DNA of 64,000 nucleotides from an uncultured Prevotella sp. (GTDB lineage: Bacteria > Bacteroidota > Bacteroidia > Bacteroidales > Bacteroidaceae): the NCBI GenBank assembly GCA_963550695.1, contig CAUVDL010000002.1:9766-73765 (forward strand). Direction: 5' to 3'. A program made the translations under genes and the position numbers. Positions 17,147 through 28,224 of this stretch are shown one piece after another; position 1 is the stretch's first letter; every line of letters starts with the position of its first letter. The notes beneath the pieces are model-generated. The model saw nothing but the letters and a program-made list of their open reading frames with translations. It searched no databases and was not told the origin of the DNA.

Positions 17147-18988
17147 ATGAAAAAAAGAATTCTTTTGCCAGCTATATTGTGCATGGCAATATCAATCTTT
17201 ACAACTTCTTGTTCTTCTGATGATATTGAGTCACCAGAAGCAAAAGAGCGAATGGTAACCCTTACTGTATCAGCAGGTACAGAGGATAACGCTGCTGCGA
17301 CACGCGCTCTGTTGAGCGAGGCGGATGCTGCTAAGAGTCCATGGAAGTGGGAACAGGGCGACCAAATTCTTCTTGTGTCAGGTAATGGAAGTCAGAAGAC
17401 TGTTAGCAAACTTTCAATAAAAACATTGAACCATGGTGGTCTCAGTGCTGAGTTTGAGGGTGAAGTACCAGAAAACAGTTTAACCAATGGTGGTAGCTAT
17501 CGTTTCTTCTACGTTGGTAAGAATTCTGACGGTAATAGTGATAGAACTGTTGATGCGTCTAAGGGTAGTATCAACATCGACCTTACTAAGCAGACTGGTG
17601 AACTCAAAGACTTGAAGCGTAACTGTGTATTGACAGGTACAGGTAAAGTTGTTGTTTCTGGTAAAAAGGCTAAGACTGAGGGAAGCATTACATTGTCAAA
17701 TGTGTTTGCAGTAGCTCACTTTGCTGTGCAGGCGAATGCAACACTTACAAAGATCGGTCTTCGTGGTCAGGGTGTTTACGCTTCAGCCGATGTAGACTTG
17801 AGCACTGGCGCAGTAACAGGTAAGTCAGAGATTGGTACAGTGGCAGATCCAGAATCAAACATCTTCTTCCCTAAAAATGATTTTTATGTAACCTTCGTTC
17901 CTGGTACCGTAGCTCCAGCTTTTGATGGTTACTATGCTGGCTCATATACGAGTGTAGTTAAAGCTAAGCCTGCGACACGCAATTATGACGAAAGCAAGTC
18001 ATTTGTTTATTATAATGGTCAGAAGGCAAAATTCTCTGTAAGTGACAACCAGCGAGTTGCTATAACAAACGGTAATATGCAGTATGTAATGCCTATCGCT
18101 ACCTATACCTTTGAAATGAATCCAAGAAAGCTTCTTGCTAACACACTTATTAGATGGAAAAAGGAAGTTCCACTTAAGGTTACCGCTACACGTACAGTTC
18201 AGCCAGGTTACTATCAATTAGCACCAGCGCAGTGGGAGATGGCAATACCAAAAACTTCAAGAACAAATGCAGATTACACTATTGAAACTATCCCGGTAGG
18301 GAATGATAAATATGTTTCTCCTGAAAAGTATCGAATTTTCGATTTGCCATCTTGGGGAACTCTCGAAAATCCAACATTGCTCAATAATAGTTTTTCTGCT
18401 CCAAGTGAGCAAGTAATAAAGCAGTTCGACTATGGTCATAAGTTGAAAGTTGGAAACCAAGAGACACGTGTCATGACAGCAGAAGAGTGGGATTATCTTA
18501 TGCCTAATAATAAAGTGTTTGACGATAATCTTGCTAACACTATTCGTGTTTGGAATGAAAACGGACATAAATATGCTAAATGGGCAAGATGTCATATTAA
18601 AGCAACATCGGAACAGCGTGCTGAGGACGATGTATGGTTGCGTGGTTGTCTTATCTTCCCTGATGATATGCCAATTGCAGAGGCTAAGGCTTTGTTTAAA
18701 ACATTTGGCAAATTTGGTCGTCATTCTGTAGCAGATGATAACGAAACAACATTTGATAAGATTAGAAATAGTGGTGCAGTATTTATCCCACTCTCAGCTT
18801 GGAGACCGAGTGGATCAAATGTGTTAAAACAATGGGGTAAACATGGTAATTACGCAACGACCTCACGCACAACTCTTGGAAGTAAAGTTCGTCATGTTAA
18901 AATTGCACCTTTACCTGCTGGAACTAATTTCTATGAAGGGTCAGATCCAGATCAGGGTTGTGCGGTCCGTTTGGTACAGAACTATTAA
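17147..18988 (+). CDS. Fimbrillin/type V pilin-like lipoprotein with a C-terminal lectin-like domain
   Basis: Lipobox FTTSC-SSDD; ATRAL; WEQGDQI; C-terminal FIPLSAWR, GNYATTS, CAVRLV. Confidence 0.7.
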   Translation: MKKRILLPAILCMAISIFTTSCSSDDIESPEAKERMVTLTVSAGTEDNAAATRALLSEADAAKSPWKWEQGDQILLVSGNGSQKTVSKLSIKTLNHGGLSAEFEGEVPENSLTNGGSYRFFYVGKNSDGNSDRTVDASKGSINIDLTKQTGELKDLKRNCVLTGTGKVVVSGKKAKTEGSITLSNVFAVAHFAVQANATLTKIGLRGQGVYASADVDLSTGAVTGKSEIGTVADPESNIFFPKNDFYVTFVPGTVAPAFDGYYAGSYTSVVKAKPATRNYDESKSFVYYNGQKAKFSVSDNQRVAITNGNMQYVMPIATYTFEMNPRKLLANTLIRWKKEVPLKVTATRTVQPGYYQLAPAQWEMAIPKTSRTNADYTIETIPVGNDKYVSPEKYRIFDLPSWGTLENPTLLNNSFSAPSEQVIKQFDYGHKLKVGNQETRVMTAEEWDYLMPNNKVFDDNLANTIRVWNENGHKYAKWARCHIKATSEQRAEDDVWLRGCLIFPDDMPIAEAKALFKTFGKFGRHSVADDNETTFDKIRNSGAVFIPLSAWRPSGSNVLKQWGKHGNYATTSRTTLGSKVRHVKIAPLPAGTNFYEGSDPDQGCAVRLVQNY

Positions 18989-19086
18989 TACTATCATCCG
19001 ATAACGTTCGGATTAGATAAATAAGAATCGGTCATTATGATTTCTTGCTGTCTTAACGCAGCAAAAGGTTGTAATGACCGATTTGC

Positions 19087-19378
19087 TTTTGTCCTTTTGT
19101 TACTCTGTCTTCCCTTTATCCAGTCTTGTTTTCCTTGTTACTCTGTCTTCCCTTTACCTTGTCTATTCTTTATCTTTCTACCAAGCACCTTGTCTACTTG
19201 TCAACCCGTTCACTCGTCCACTCTATGTTTATTTTTGTCCTTTTGTCACTCTGTCTTCCTTTTATCCAGTCTTGTTTTCCTTGTTACTCTGTCTTCCCTT
19301 TACCTTGTCTATTCTTTATCTTTCTACCAAGCACCTTGTCTACTTGTCAACCCGTTCACTCGTCCACTCTATGTTTAT
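19087..19378 (+). repeat. Tandem duplication, 2 x 146 bp, built from degenerate pyrimidine-rich 8-mers
   Basis: GTCCTTTTGT at 19091 and 19237; both units end CTCGTCCACTCTATGTTTAT. Confidence 0.9.
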
Positions 19379-19710
19379 AAATGTTAAACATCAATGTTAA
19401 AGTAAGTATTATTAGCAGTTTAGTTGTTTGGATTGTAGATGCCGTTTGACACAATCTTAATTACCGTGAGCTGAATAGAGCTTAATAAGCTGGCGTTCAG
19501 GAGTTTAAGGAAAATATAGTTTTTCTTAATAAACACCTGTGGCTAAGTAGGTTAGAGCTTGAAAGGAGACAAAGAGATGTGAACAAGAAAATCCAAATAG
19601 ACTACACCTTATTATATATATAGGTGTAAAAGATGGAACTTTTGGCATTAATTAAAATCAGTTGAAACAAAATTAGGAAAATAATAATAAAAGTTTAAAA
19701 CCTAGACCTA

Positions 19711-22700
19711 ATGAGAATCTTTAAGGAAACAAAGCAGAAGCATCTGTACTTCTCGGCTGCTTTTGCTTTATCATTGGCATTGGCACCAACAGGTGTCTAC
19801 GCAGGTACAAACACCAGTGCTGCAGTACAGGCTGTACAGCAAAATGGTAATCACAAAGTGACCGGTCGTGTCGTTGACTCTACTGGCGAACCGCTTATTG
19901 GTGCTACTATCCTTGTTGAGGGTACCACTAATGGCACAGTAACGGATATTGATGGTAACTACACCCTCAATACCACTCCAAATGCGAAGCTTGTCTTCTC
20001 TTACATCGGTTATGCCGCACAGACCATCCCTGTTGGTGGTAAGGGCACTGTCAATGTAACATTGAAGGAGGAAGCTAACACCATGAACGAGGTTGTCGTT
20101 ACCGCCATGGGTATTATGCGTAAGGAGAAGTCTCTTACCTACGCTACCCAGCAGGTAAAGGCAGAGGACCTCATGAAGGTGCAGGATCCTAACGCTGCTA
20201 ACTCACTCGAGGGTAAGGTAGCTGGTATCACTATTACGCCAAGTGCTGGTGGTGCTGGTGGTGCTTCAAAGATTGTTCTTCGTGGTAACCGCTCTATCCT
20301 CGGTAACAGTTCTCCACTTATCGTTGTTGACGGTGTACCAATGAGTAATGGTATTCGTGGTCAGCAGGGCATGGGTGCAGAGGGCTTCGGTTCAACAGGA
20401 ACTTCTGAGGGTTCTGACCCATTGTCATTGATTAACCCAGACGATATCGAGTCTATCAACGTCCTCAAGGGTGCTAACGCTGCTGCGCTTTACGGTTCAC
20501 GTGCTGCCAATGGTGTTGTGATGATTACCACCAAGCGTGGTCGTGAGGGTAAGGTTGATATCAACGTTACTTCAAACATCACCTTCGATTCTCCATTGTT
20601 GACACCAAAGATTCAGAAGACTTATGGTGCAGCTTATGACCAGGCAACAGGTGCGTTGTCATTGAACAACTGGGGTGGTAAGCTCGCAGACCGTGCAGAC
20701 AACGACCTCGTTGTACGCACTCCATTGGATGAGCGTTGGGTAGGTTATCCAGAAGAGCAGATTGGTACAGACGCAAGTGGTAATCCAATCATGGCACGCC
20801 GTCATAATGTTTATCTCCGCAACCATGCAGGTAACGATGTAGACAACTTCTTCCGCACGGGCGTTACAACGAACAACTCTATCTCACTTTCAGGTGGTAC
20901 AGAGATTGCACGTACCTACGTGTCTGTAGCAAACAGCCATGCAACAGGTATGATGCGTAACAACTCATACAACCGTAACTCTATCAGTTTCCGTCAGACT
21001 TATAATTTCTTCAAGCGTTTGCACATTGATGCATCATTGAACTATACAGAGTCTAAGACTAAGAATCGTCCTGGTGGTGGTACAGTAGGTAACCCTCTCT
21101 ACCATCTTTATACTGCCCCTCAGAATATTGATATGGATTACTACCGTGACCACTATATGAACGATGAGGGTAAGTGGCTTTCTAATCCAGGTTCATATTA
21201 CAAGCTCAATGGTTCTAACTTTGCTTGGGCAGCTGGTCAGCGCACAACTCTGACGGGTCCACAGCAAGAGTGGGCATATCTCTCTCATCCTAACAACAAC
21301 CCATATTGGTTGATCAATTCAGGCAACAGCCAACAGAAGGAGAGCCGCCTCTTCGGAACCTTGCAAGCAAATGTTGACATCTATGATGGTTTGACTTTCC
21401 AAGCACGTGTCAACTACAGCCAGATTCGTTTTAAGAATCATGCAACTCGTTTTGCTACCACTTTCCTCCCTGCATCTATGGAAGACTACGGTCGTCTTTG
21501 GGATTCAGACGAGAAGACAACAGAGTTCTATACCGACTACCTCTTGTCATATAACAAGACCTTCGGTGACTACTCTGTATCAGCAACAGCAGGTTATGTA
21601 GGTCATACCATCAAGGGCGAGACAAAGGGAACAGACGCCGTAGCAACTTACTATGATCGTCTTATGCGTAAGCTCCCAACAATGGTTAATTATTTCGAGA
21701 CCAGCGCAGGTGGCTATGGCGTAACAAGTACTTCAAAGAGTTCAAACTGGGACCGCTCTTACCTCTTTACAGCACAGTTAGGTTGGAAAGAAACCGTTTA
21801 CTTCGATGCTTCTTATCGCCGTGACTGGTATCGTCCATTCCGCTACTTCAAGCAGTTGGGTAAGATTGATACCGATAACTACGGTTATTTCGGTATTGGT
21901 GCCAACGCTATCGTAAGTCAGTTGGTGAAGTTGCCAGAGTGGTTTAACTTCTTGAAGTATCGTGTTTCTTACTCTTCAGTAGGTAACTCTATCCCTAACA
22001 AGGCATACGGTGCAATGAGCCGTAACCTCCAGACAGGTGCATTGTCAGGTAACAAATTGCTCGACTTCTCACCAGTACCAGAGGAGACAGGTTCATTCGA
22101 GACAGGTATCGAGTCATTGTTCTTGAACAACCGTTTGAGCTTTGACTTCACCTTCTATAACACTATTGTTCGTCACCTCTACATGGAGCTTGGCTCATTA
22201 GGTGGTAACACCGAGTTGCTGAACTCTGCAAAGGTACGTAACACTGGTTTTGAAACAACCGTTGGCTACGACTTCAAGTTTGGTAAGGACCTCCGTTGGC
22301 GTACCTCTTATAACCTCTCATTCAACGACAACAAGATTCTTGAGACAGGTTATGACAAGGATGGCACATCACGTAAGTATCAGCAGACTGTAGGTGAGGC
22401 AAAGGTAATCTACCAGAAGGGTGGCGCTATTGGTGATATCTATGCAGGCGATTTCATGCGCGATGCAAACGGTCAGATTGTCTTGACAGCTAAGGGTGAG
22501 CCAACATTTGATAAGACTGGTTCTAACGACCGCTTCCTCGGTAACATGAACTCTAAGTGGCAGATGGGTTGGACCAACACCTTTAACTATAAGGAGTTCC
22601 AGCTCTCATTCCTCATCAACGGTCGTATCGGTGGTAAGGTACTCTCATTGACAGAGTCTTATCTCGACTATATCGGTGCTTCAGAGCGTACAGAGGCAGC

Positions 22701-23088
22701 TCGTCTCAATGCAGAGCGTAATAACATCGTTGCAACCAACTATGGTAACGTACCAGGTATGGAACTCAATGATGGTAGTGGACGCATCGTTCCAATCCAG
22801 TCATATTATCAGGCATTGGGCGCATCAAGCAACCCATCAACCTATCTCTACAACGGAACAAACTTCCGTCTTCGTGAGCTTTCATTGGGTTACACCTTCC
22901 GTGACCTCTTCGGTCAGAACCGTAACTTGACACTCTCATTCATCGCTCGTAACCTGTTCTTCATCTACAAGGATGCACCAACAGACCCAGACGTATCTCT
23001 GTCTACACAGAATGGTCTCGGCGCATTTGAGAGCTTCAACATGCCATCTTCACGCTCATTCGGTTTCTCTTTGAAGGCTAACTTCTAA
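19711..23088 (+). CDS. susC: SusC/RagA TonB-dependent transporter
   Basis: GEPLIGATI/TDIDGNY N-domain; PLIVVDGVP; INPDDIESINVLKGANAAALYGSRAANGVVMITTK; ends LKANF. Confidence 0.96.
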   Translation: MRIFKETKQKHLYFSAAFALSLALAPTGVYAGTNTSAAVQAVQQNGNHKVTGRVVDSTGEPLIGATILVEGTTNGTVTDIDGNYTLNTTPNAKLVFSYIGYAAQTIPVGGKGTVNVTLKEEANTMNEVVVTAMGIMRKEKSLTYATQQVKAEDLMKVQDPNAANSLEGKVAGITITPSAGGAGGASKIVLRGNRSILGNSSPLIVVDGVPMSNGIRGQQGMGAEGFGSTGTSEGSDPLSLINPDDIESINVLKGANAAALYGSRAANGVVMITTKRGREGKVDINVTSNITFDSPLLTPKIQKTYGAAYDQATGALSLNNWGGKLADRADNDLVVRTPLDERWVGYPEEQIGTDASGNPIMARRHNVYLRNHAGNDVDNFFRTGVTTNNSISLSGGTEIARTYVSVANSHATGMMRNNSYNRNSISFRQTYNFFKRLHIDASLNYTESKTKNRPGGGTVGNPLYHLYTAPQNIDMDYYRDHYMNDEGKWLSNPGSYYKLNGSNFAWAAGQRTTLTGPQQEWAYLSHPNNNPYWLINSGNSQQKESRLFGTLQANVDIYDGLTFQARVNYSQIRFKNHATRFATTFLPASMEDYGRLWDSDEKTTEFYTDYLLSYNKTFGDYSVSATAGYVGHTIKGETKGTDAVATYYDRLMRKLPTMVNYFETSAGGYGVTSTSKSSNWDRSYLFTAQLGWKETVYFDASYRRDWYRPFRYFKQLGKIDTDNYGYFGIGANAIVSQLVKLPEWFNFLKYRVSYSSVGNSIPNKAYGAMSRNLQTGALSGNKLLDFSPVPEETGSFETGIESLFLNNRLSFDFTFYNTIVRHLYMELGSLGGNTELLNSAKVRNTGFETTVGYDFKFGKDLRWRTSYNLSFNDNKILETGYDKDGTSRKYQQTVGEAKVIYQKGGAIGDIYAGDFMRDANGQIVLTAKGEPTFDKTGSNDRFLGNMNSKWQMGWTNTFNYKEFQLSFLINGRIGGKVLSLTESYLDYIGASERTEAARLNAERNNIVATNYGNVPGMELNDGSGRIVPIQSYYQALGASSNPSTYLYNGTNFRLRELSLGYTFRDLFGQNRNLTLSFIARNLFFIYKDAPTDPDVSLSTQNGLGAFESFNMPSSRSFGFSLKANF

Positions 23089-23245
23089 TTGTAGAGGAGT
23101 AAAAAGGAGTGAAAGGGAGTGAGAGACAAATGTACTATTTGGTGTCTTGCTCCCCACGTAATGAAGCAGTTTTTGCGTAGGACACACACTCCTTTAGCTC
23201 CTAACAAGTTTAAATAAAACAATAACATTCAAAAGATAAATAACA

Positions 23246-25078
23246 ATGAAAAATAAACATATAATTGTACTCATGGCGATGGCATTGCCAACACTGGGTC
23301 TACAGTCATGTCTTGACTATGACAACCCTGGCGATGAGTTCAACTCAACAACTAAGAATGTTGAGAAAGTAACAAGCCGTGGCGAAGTAGATAAGATTCC
23401 TTTCCGTCAGGCTACAAGTGCTGCTGCAGCTGAAGAGGCGTTGAGTTCTATGCAAGACTTGCTTGATGCAGGTGTTGGTGGACAGTTCTCTATGCGTGGT
23501 GGTAAGAATGGTGAGAACCCAGGTGCGCATGCTTATCAGTACCAGTATTCTCTTGGTGTTGACAACTATGCAGAGTACACTGTTATTCCTCACACTTTCT
23601 TCCAGTATTCAAAGATTCGTTTGGCATCGTCTTATGCTATCGATCAGAAGTGCTACGGTGGTGCATGGGGCTCATTCACAGAGATGAAGACTTCACTTGT
23701 ACCTATCTTGAATAATGAGAAGGTTAATGCTATCCCAGAGTTGAAGGCAGCTTATTTGACACTCTTCAACCAGCAGGCTGTTGAGGTTGCAGATGTTTAT
23801 GGTCCAATGCCTTATCGCGAGTTGAAGACTAATCAGCAGGTAGGTCCTTATACCTATAATAAGGTAGAGGATGTGTACAACGATGCTGTTGCCAACCTCG
23901 ACACAGCCATTGCTTGTTTCCACTACTTCGATCAGAAGCCAGATGCCTACAAGCAGAAGATTAAGAGTGCGTTTGTTGACCGTTTCGTTGTCATGACCGA
24001 TGGTGGTGCTGCTGATGGTACCTTGAAGGAATGGGCACGTTATGCAAACTCTTTGAAGTTGCGTATCGCTATGCACATGGTAAAGAGCGACCCTGTTCGT
24101 GCACAGAAATTAGCTGAAGAGGCTGTTGCTGATGGCGTTATTGAGAACGAGGCACAGAGCGTTTCAATCCGTCCAGGTGTGATGGGCTTTAGCCATCCAT
24201 TACCAGGCGTTGAGAATTGGGGCGATGCTCGTATGAGTGCAACAATGGAAATCACACTGAATACCTTCAATCACCCTTGGTTGAAATATCTCTTCAAGAA
24301 GAACGAGAACGTAATCAAGAACAATAAGACTGGTGAGACAACACCTGCAAATAGTCGTATTTGTGGTATCCGTACCGGCACACATCCAGGTGAAGGTCAG
24401 GGATATGATGAGAACCAGTACATCGCATTCAGTAAGCTGAACGAACAGTACTTCAACTCTGCACCACTTTATCTGATGAAGTATGCTGAGGTTTGCTTCC
24501 TCCGTGCAGAGGGTGCACTCCGTGGTTGGAACATGGGTGGTTCTGCTCAGCACTTCTATGAGGAGGGTATTCGTCATGGAAACTGTGAGGATCCTGAGAT
24601 GAAATCTATGGACGGTGAAAGTCCAGCAGGTGCTTCTGGTGTAAACTGGTATGACGCTTGGATTCAGACCTACATGAATCAGGAGAACCCTGTAGCTTAT
24701 GTCTATAAAGACCCAACAGGTGATACACCAGATGCTGCATCACCAATCCATGTCGGTGTAAAGTGGAATGACAGCGACTCACAAGAGACAAAGCTTGAGA
24801 AGATTATCACTCAGAAGTACCTCGCTACTTATCCTAATGGCTTCGAGGCATGGGTTGACCTCCGTCGTACAGGCTTCCCACGTATGTTGCCAGTATTGAA
24901 CATCGATGAGGCTGATGGAAGTTTAGTTCCTGGTGATATCATGCGTCGTCTGCCATTCCCTGGCACAAGCGACATCGCAACAAAGCAGGATGTTGACAAC
25001 ACTGGTATCCCAGCATTGGGCGGTCCAGACAAGATGGCAACTCGCCTCTTCTGGGACAAGGCCACTTCAAACTTCTAA
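23246..25078 (+). CDS. susD: SusD/RagB family lipoprotein
   Basis: Lipobox LQSC; DVYGPMPY, ANSLKLR, YAEVCFLRAE, KIITQKY, EAWVDLRRTGFP, LFWD. Confidence 0.93.
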   Translation: MKNKHIIVLMAMALPTLGLQSCLDYDNPGDEFNSTTKNVEKVTSRGEVDKIPFRQATSAAAAEEALSSMQDLLDAGVGGQFSMRGGKNGENPGAHAYQYQYSLGVDNYAEYTVIPHTFFQYSKIRLASSYAIDQKCYGGAWGSFTEMKTSLVPILNNEKVNAIPELKAAYLTLFNQQAVEVADVYGPMPYRELKTNQQVGPYTYNKVEDVYNDAVANLDTAIACFHYFDQKPDAYKQKIKSAFVDRFVVMTDGGAADGTLKEWARYANSLKLRIAMHMVKSDPVRAQKLAEEAVADGVIENEAQSVSIRPGVMGFSHPLPGVENWGDARMSATMEITLNTFNHPWLKYLFKKNENVIKNNKTGETTPANSRICGIRTGTHPGEGQGYDENQYIAFSKLNEQYFNSAPLYLMKYAEVCFLRAEGALRGWNMGGSAQHFYEEGIRHGNCEDPEMKSMDGESPAGASGVNWYDAWIQTYMNQENPVAYVYKDPTGDTPDAASPIHVGVKWNDSDSQETKLEKIITQKYLATYPNGFEAWVDLRRTGFPRMLPVLNIDEADGSLVPGDIMRRLPFPGTSDIATKQDVDNTGIPALGGPDKMATRLFWDKATSNF

Positions 25079-25103
25079 TTGATTCTCTGAATTGAAACAA
25101 TAG

Positions 25104-25138
25104 CCCAGTAGGGTGGCATAAAACGTCACTCTACTGGG
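25104..25138 (+). terminator. Intergenic stem-loop after susD (processing or termination site)
   Basis: CCCAGTAGGGTGGC / GTCACTCTACTGGG; no clear U-tract. Confidence 0.45.
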
Positions 25139-25178
25139 AACTAAATTTATTAAGTATTAATTACAAAACCTAAATTAC

Positions 25179-28100
25179 ATGAATAAAAAATCTACTCTTA
25201 GTGCATGGGTTATTGCAGCTATGATGACAATGGCTCCTGTAGGTGCTAATGCCCAAACCTATTCTCCAACAGCCTCAACACAGGTGTTCGACCTATCAAA
25301 ATTGGGCGACCAGGCCCTTCTTGAGCATTTTGCACAACTCATCGAACACGGCAAGAAATATCCTACTGATGCCGACTTAACAGCATGGGGCATCAAAGAC
25401 GAGGTAGAGTTTATCCGCTCACACGTCAGAAAGCGTGCTATTGAGTCACGTGCTGATCGTCTTCTCCAAGATACTTACGAGAATCGTAACCTCTTTATGA
25501 ATATCCCTGGTGGTGCTGGAAAGAACCTCGGTGGCTATCCTTCAAAGACATTCGCTAACGATAACTTCTCAATGTGGAACTATACCAACCTGTTTGGTGC
25601 CTGGAACTACGGACTTTTCCAAGCACCAGGTTCATGGGCTGATGCTGCTCACCGCAATGGTACAAGCATCTTCGCAGGTATTAAGTTCTTCGATCATACA
25701 ACTGGTGGAGCAGCAAACAGTTGGGCTGACTTCATCATGACACGCAATACAGATGGTAGTTTCCGTTATACGCATCCGATCATTAACTGTATGCGCTTCC
25801 TCGGTTTCGATGGTATCAACTATAACTGGGAGAGCACCAACAAGTATAGAGAAACCAATAATATTGCTTTCCACAAGGAACTCTATAAGATAGCAAAGGA
25901 AGAAGGTTTCAACGACTTCAAAATCATGTACTATACTACCAACCAAAGTCTGACATCTTATAATTCCAGCTATATGTGGGGTCAAGACCCTAACAATCGT
26001 ATCTGTGAAGTGATGTTGAATTATGCTAGTAGCGACTTCAGTTGGAATATAGGTGAGTCTGTAAAAGAGGCTGAACGCACTATGGGCTCTGCTGATGGAT
26101 TATATGCTGGTGTATGGATTGTAAGCATGAACAGACGTTGGAACAGTCTTAACAATAATGATGCTAAGCGTTGTGGTATCTGTCTATGGGGTGAGCATGC
26201 GGAGAGCCGTTTCTGGAGCTATAACACTGGTGGCGACGCTATGTCTCGTATGTCTAACTATCAGGAGTATCTTGAGCGTGCATTCTCTGGTGGTAATCGC
26301 AATCCTTTGTCACGTCCAGAGATTAAGAATAATGGTAATGAGGTTGAGGCACAAGGTAGCACACCAGCATTGAGAAACTTCGCTGGTCTTGCTTCTTGGA
26401 TTCCAGAGCGTACTGCAATCTCTGGCAAACTTCCTTTCGCTACCCACTTCAACACTGGTAATGGTGAACGTTATAACTATAAGGGTAAGAAGACTGCAGG
26501 CTCATGGTATAACATGAGTAGCCAAGATGTCGTTCCTACTTATCGTTGGATGGTTGTTCAGCCAGGAACAGAGACAGCAAGCTTTGACGTACAGCCTTCA
26601 TTCACCAATGAAGATGCTTACACGGGTGGTGCAGCACTTCGCTTGAAGGGTGTCAACAATGCGACTGCTACAGACGTTGTTCTCTTCAAGACTAACCTCA
26701 CACCTTCTGCAGGTAAGGTAGTTGCTAAGGTAGCTATTAAGACTGGTAAAGAGGGTAACAACGACTCTCACCTTTCTCTTATCTTACGTGTGAATGGTGC
26801 ATGGAAAGCTTATGCCTTGGGTAACACCGAGAACGCAAACTGGACAGAGAAGAAAGTTGAGTTGAATGATATTACTGCTGGTCAGAAGATTGAGCGTATC
26901 GGCCTGCGTGTAAACAACTCAGATGCTAATTATAATGTACTCGTTGGTAAGCTCGAACTCAATGACGACGTACAGGCTACACCTGCCAACGTGAAGGATT
27001 TGACCGTTCAGGTGAAGGAAGAAACAAAGAACTCTCTTTCTGTTAAGGCGGTATGGGGAATTGATAAAGACCCAGGCCAGAACCCAACCGTTTATAACGA
27101 TGAGGCAAATATCGACCACTTTGAGATTCTCTATAAGAACGGTGAGAATGGTAAGGTGTCTGAGGTAGGACGTACTTCACAGTGGGCTACACTCGTTCCT
27201 AACATCCAGTTTACAAGTGCTGACGACAAGCCATTCATTGGTGTTCGTTCTGTAAGTACTGACCTTAAGACTTACTCAAAGACACTGTGGATTGCTGTGC
27301 CACGTGCTCAGCAGTCAGAACTCCCAGAAGCACAGGAAGAGGGCTACGGAACAGTTGAACTCGATAATGCTGCTGCTGGTGCTGACGTAGCGAAGAGAAT
27401 TCGTTATGTAAAGAAGTTCCAGACAGAGGGCGGTTCTAAGAATATCGACTACACTGCTGAGGGGCCTGCTGGTAACGAGACCAACTATGTGGATGCTACG
27501 AGTCAAGAGCTCGAAGTAGCACAGGGTGCGACTGTGAAAGTGAAGATTCAGGGCTACGAGGCTACTCAGATTAAGGACCAGAGCAATGACGACCTCCGCT
27601 ATTGTATGGGTAAGGCTTGGATGGACTTCAATGGCGACAAGCAGTTCAACCCAGAGAATCTCTCTGAGAATCCTAACGAGGGTGAGTGCGTTGTATTCTT
27701 TGGTCAGGTGCGCAAGGGCGTTCCTGCACAGGTACAGCAGTTGAATGAGTACACCTTCCAGATTCCTTCAGATGCTAAGCCAGGTCAGAGCCGTCTCCGC
27801 CTTGTCTTCTGTGATGCTTGGTTCCAGGGTGGTTTGACACCAACTGGTAAGTTCAATAAGGGCTTTGCCATCGACTTCAACGTGACAATCACTGGTTCTA
27901 ACGCTGCTCGTGGTGCTAAGGCTGATACCCACGATGCGGGTGTTGCTGATGAGCCAGAATTACTCGAAGGTGGTTCTACGAACATTGCATCAGCGAACGT
28001 AGGTGGTGCTTCACAGCTCACTGTTGCAGGCGGTAAGGTGGTATTCCAGAACGTTGAACGTGCATGGGTATTCTCTACTGACGGTCAGACTGTAAAGAGC

Positions 28101-28208
28101 TTGGTTAATCCAAAGTCTTTCAATACAAATGAGTTGCCAGCAGGTGTTTACCTCGTTAAGATGCAGAACAACAATGTTATCCGTACACAAAAGATTACGA
28201 TTAAGTAA
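25179..28208 (+). CDS. GH85-like endo-beta-N-acetylglucosaminidase with GEVED-like domain and T9SS-type CTD
   Basis: WADAAHRNG, GFDGINYNWE (N-x-E), LPFATHFNTGNG, WYNMSSQD, DAYTGG; AWMDFNGD..GE and GQSRLRL (GEVED-like); LPAGVYLVK tail. Confidence 0.8.
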   Translation: MNKKSTLSAWVIAAMMTMAPVGANAQTYSPTASTQVFDLSKLGDQALLEHFAQLIEHGKKYPTDADLTAWGIKDEVEFIRSHVRKRAIESRADRLLQDTYENRNLFMNIPGGAGKNLGGYPSKTFANDNFSMWNYTNLFGAWNYGLFQAPGSWADAAHRNGTSIFAGIKFFDHTTGGAANSWADFIMTRNTDGSFRYTHPIINCMRFLGFDGINYNWESTNKYRETNNIAFHKELYKIAKEEGFNDFKIMYYTTNQSLTSYNSSYMWGQDPNNRICEVMLNYASSDFSWNIGESVKEAERTMGSADGLYAGVWIVSMNRRWNSLNNNDAKRCGICLWGEHAESRFWSYNTGGDAMSRMSNYQEYLERAFSGGNRNPLSRPEIKNNGNEVEAQGSTPALRNFAGLASWIPERTAISGKLPFATHFNTGNGERYNYKGKKTAGSWYNMSSQDVVPTYRWMVVQPGTETASFDVQPSFTNEDAYTGGAALRLKGVNNATATDVVLFKTNLTPSAGKVVAKVAIKTGKEGNNDSHLSLILRVNGAWKAYALGNTENANWTEKKVELNDITAGQKIERIGLRVNNSDANYNVLVGKLELNDDVQATPANVKDLTVQVKEETKNSLSVKAVWGIDKDPGQNPTVYNDEANIDHFEILYKNGENGKVSEVGRTSQWATLVPNIQFTSADDKPFIGVRSVSTDLKTYSKTLWIAVPRAQQSELPEAQEEGYGTVELDNAAAGADVAKRIRYVKKFQTEGGSKNIDYTAEGPAGNETNYVDATSQELEVAQGATVKVKIQGYEATQIKDQSNDDLRYCMGKAWMDFNGDKQFNPENLSENPNEGECVVFFGQVRKGVPAQVQQLNEYTFQIPSDAKPGQSRLRLVFCDAWFQGGLTPTGKFNKGFAIDFNVTITGSNAARGAKADTHDAGVADEPELLEGGSTNIASANVGGASQLTVAGGKVVFQNVERAWVFSTDGQTVKSLVNPKSFNTNELPAGVYLVKMQNNNVIRTQKITIK

Positions 28209-28224
28209 TACATAATATAAAAAT

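Noticed and set aside
19037..19400. Three overlapping Leu/Ser/Phe/Cys-rich ORFs
   Set aside because: Products of the stop-poor pyrimidine-rich 146-bp duplication.
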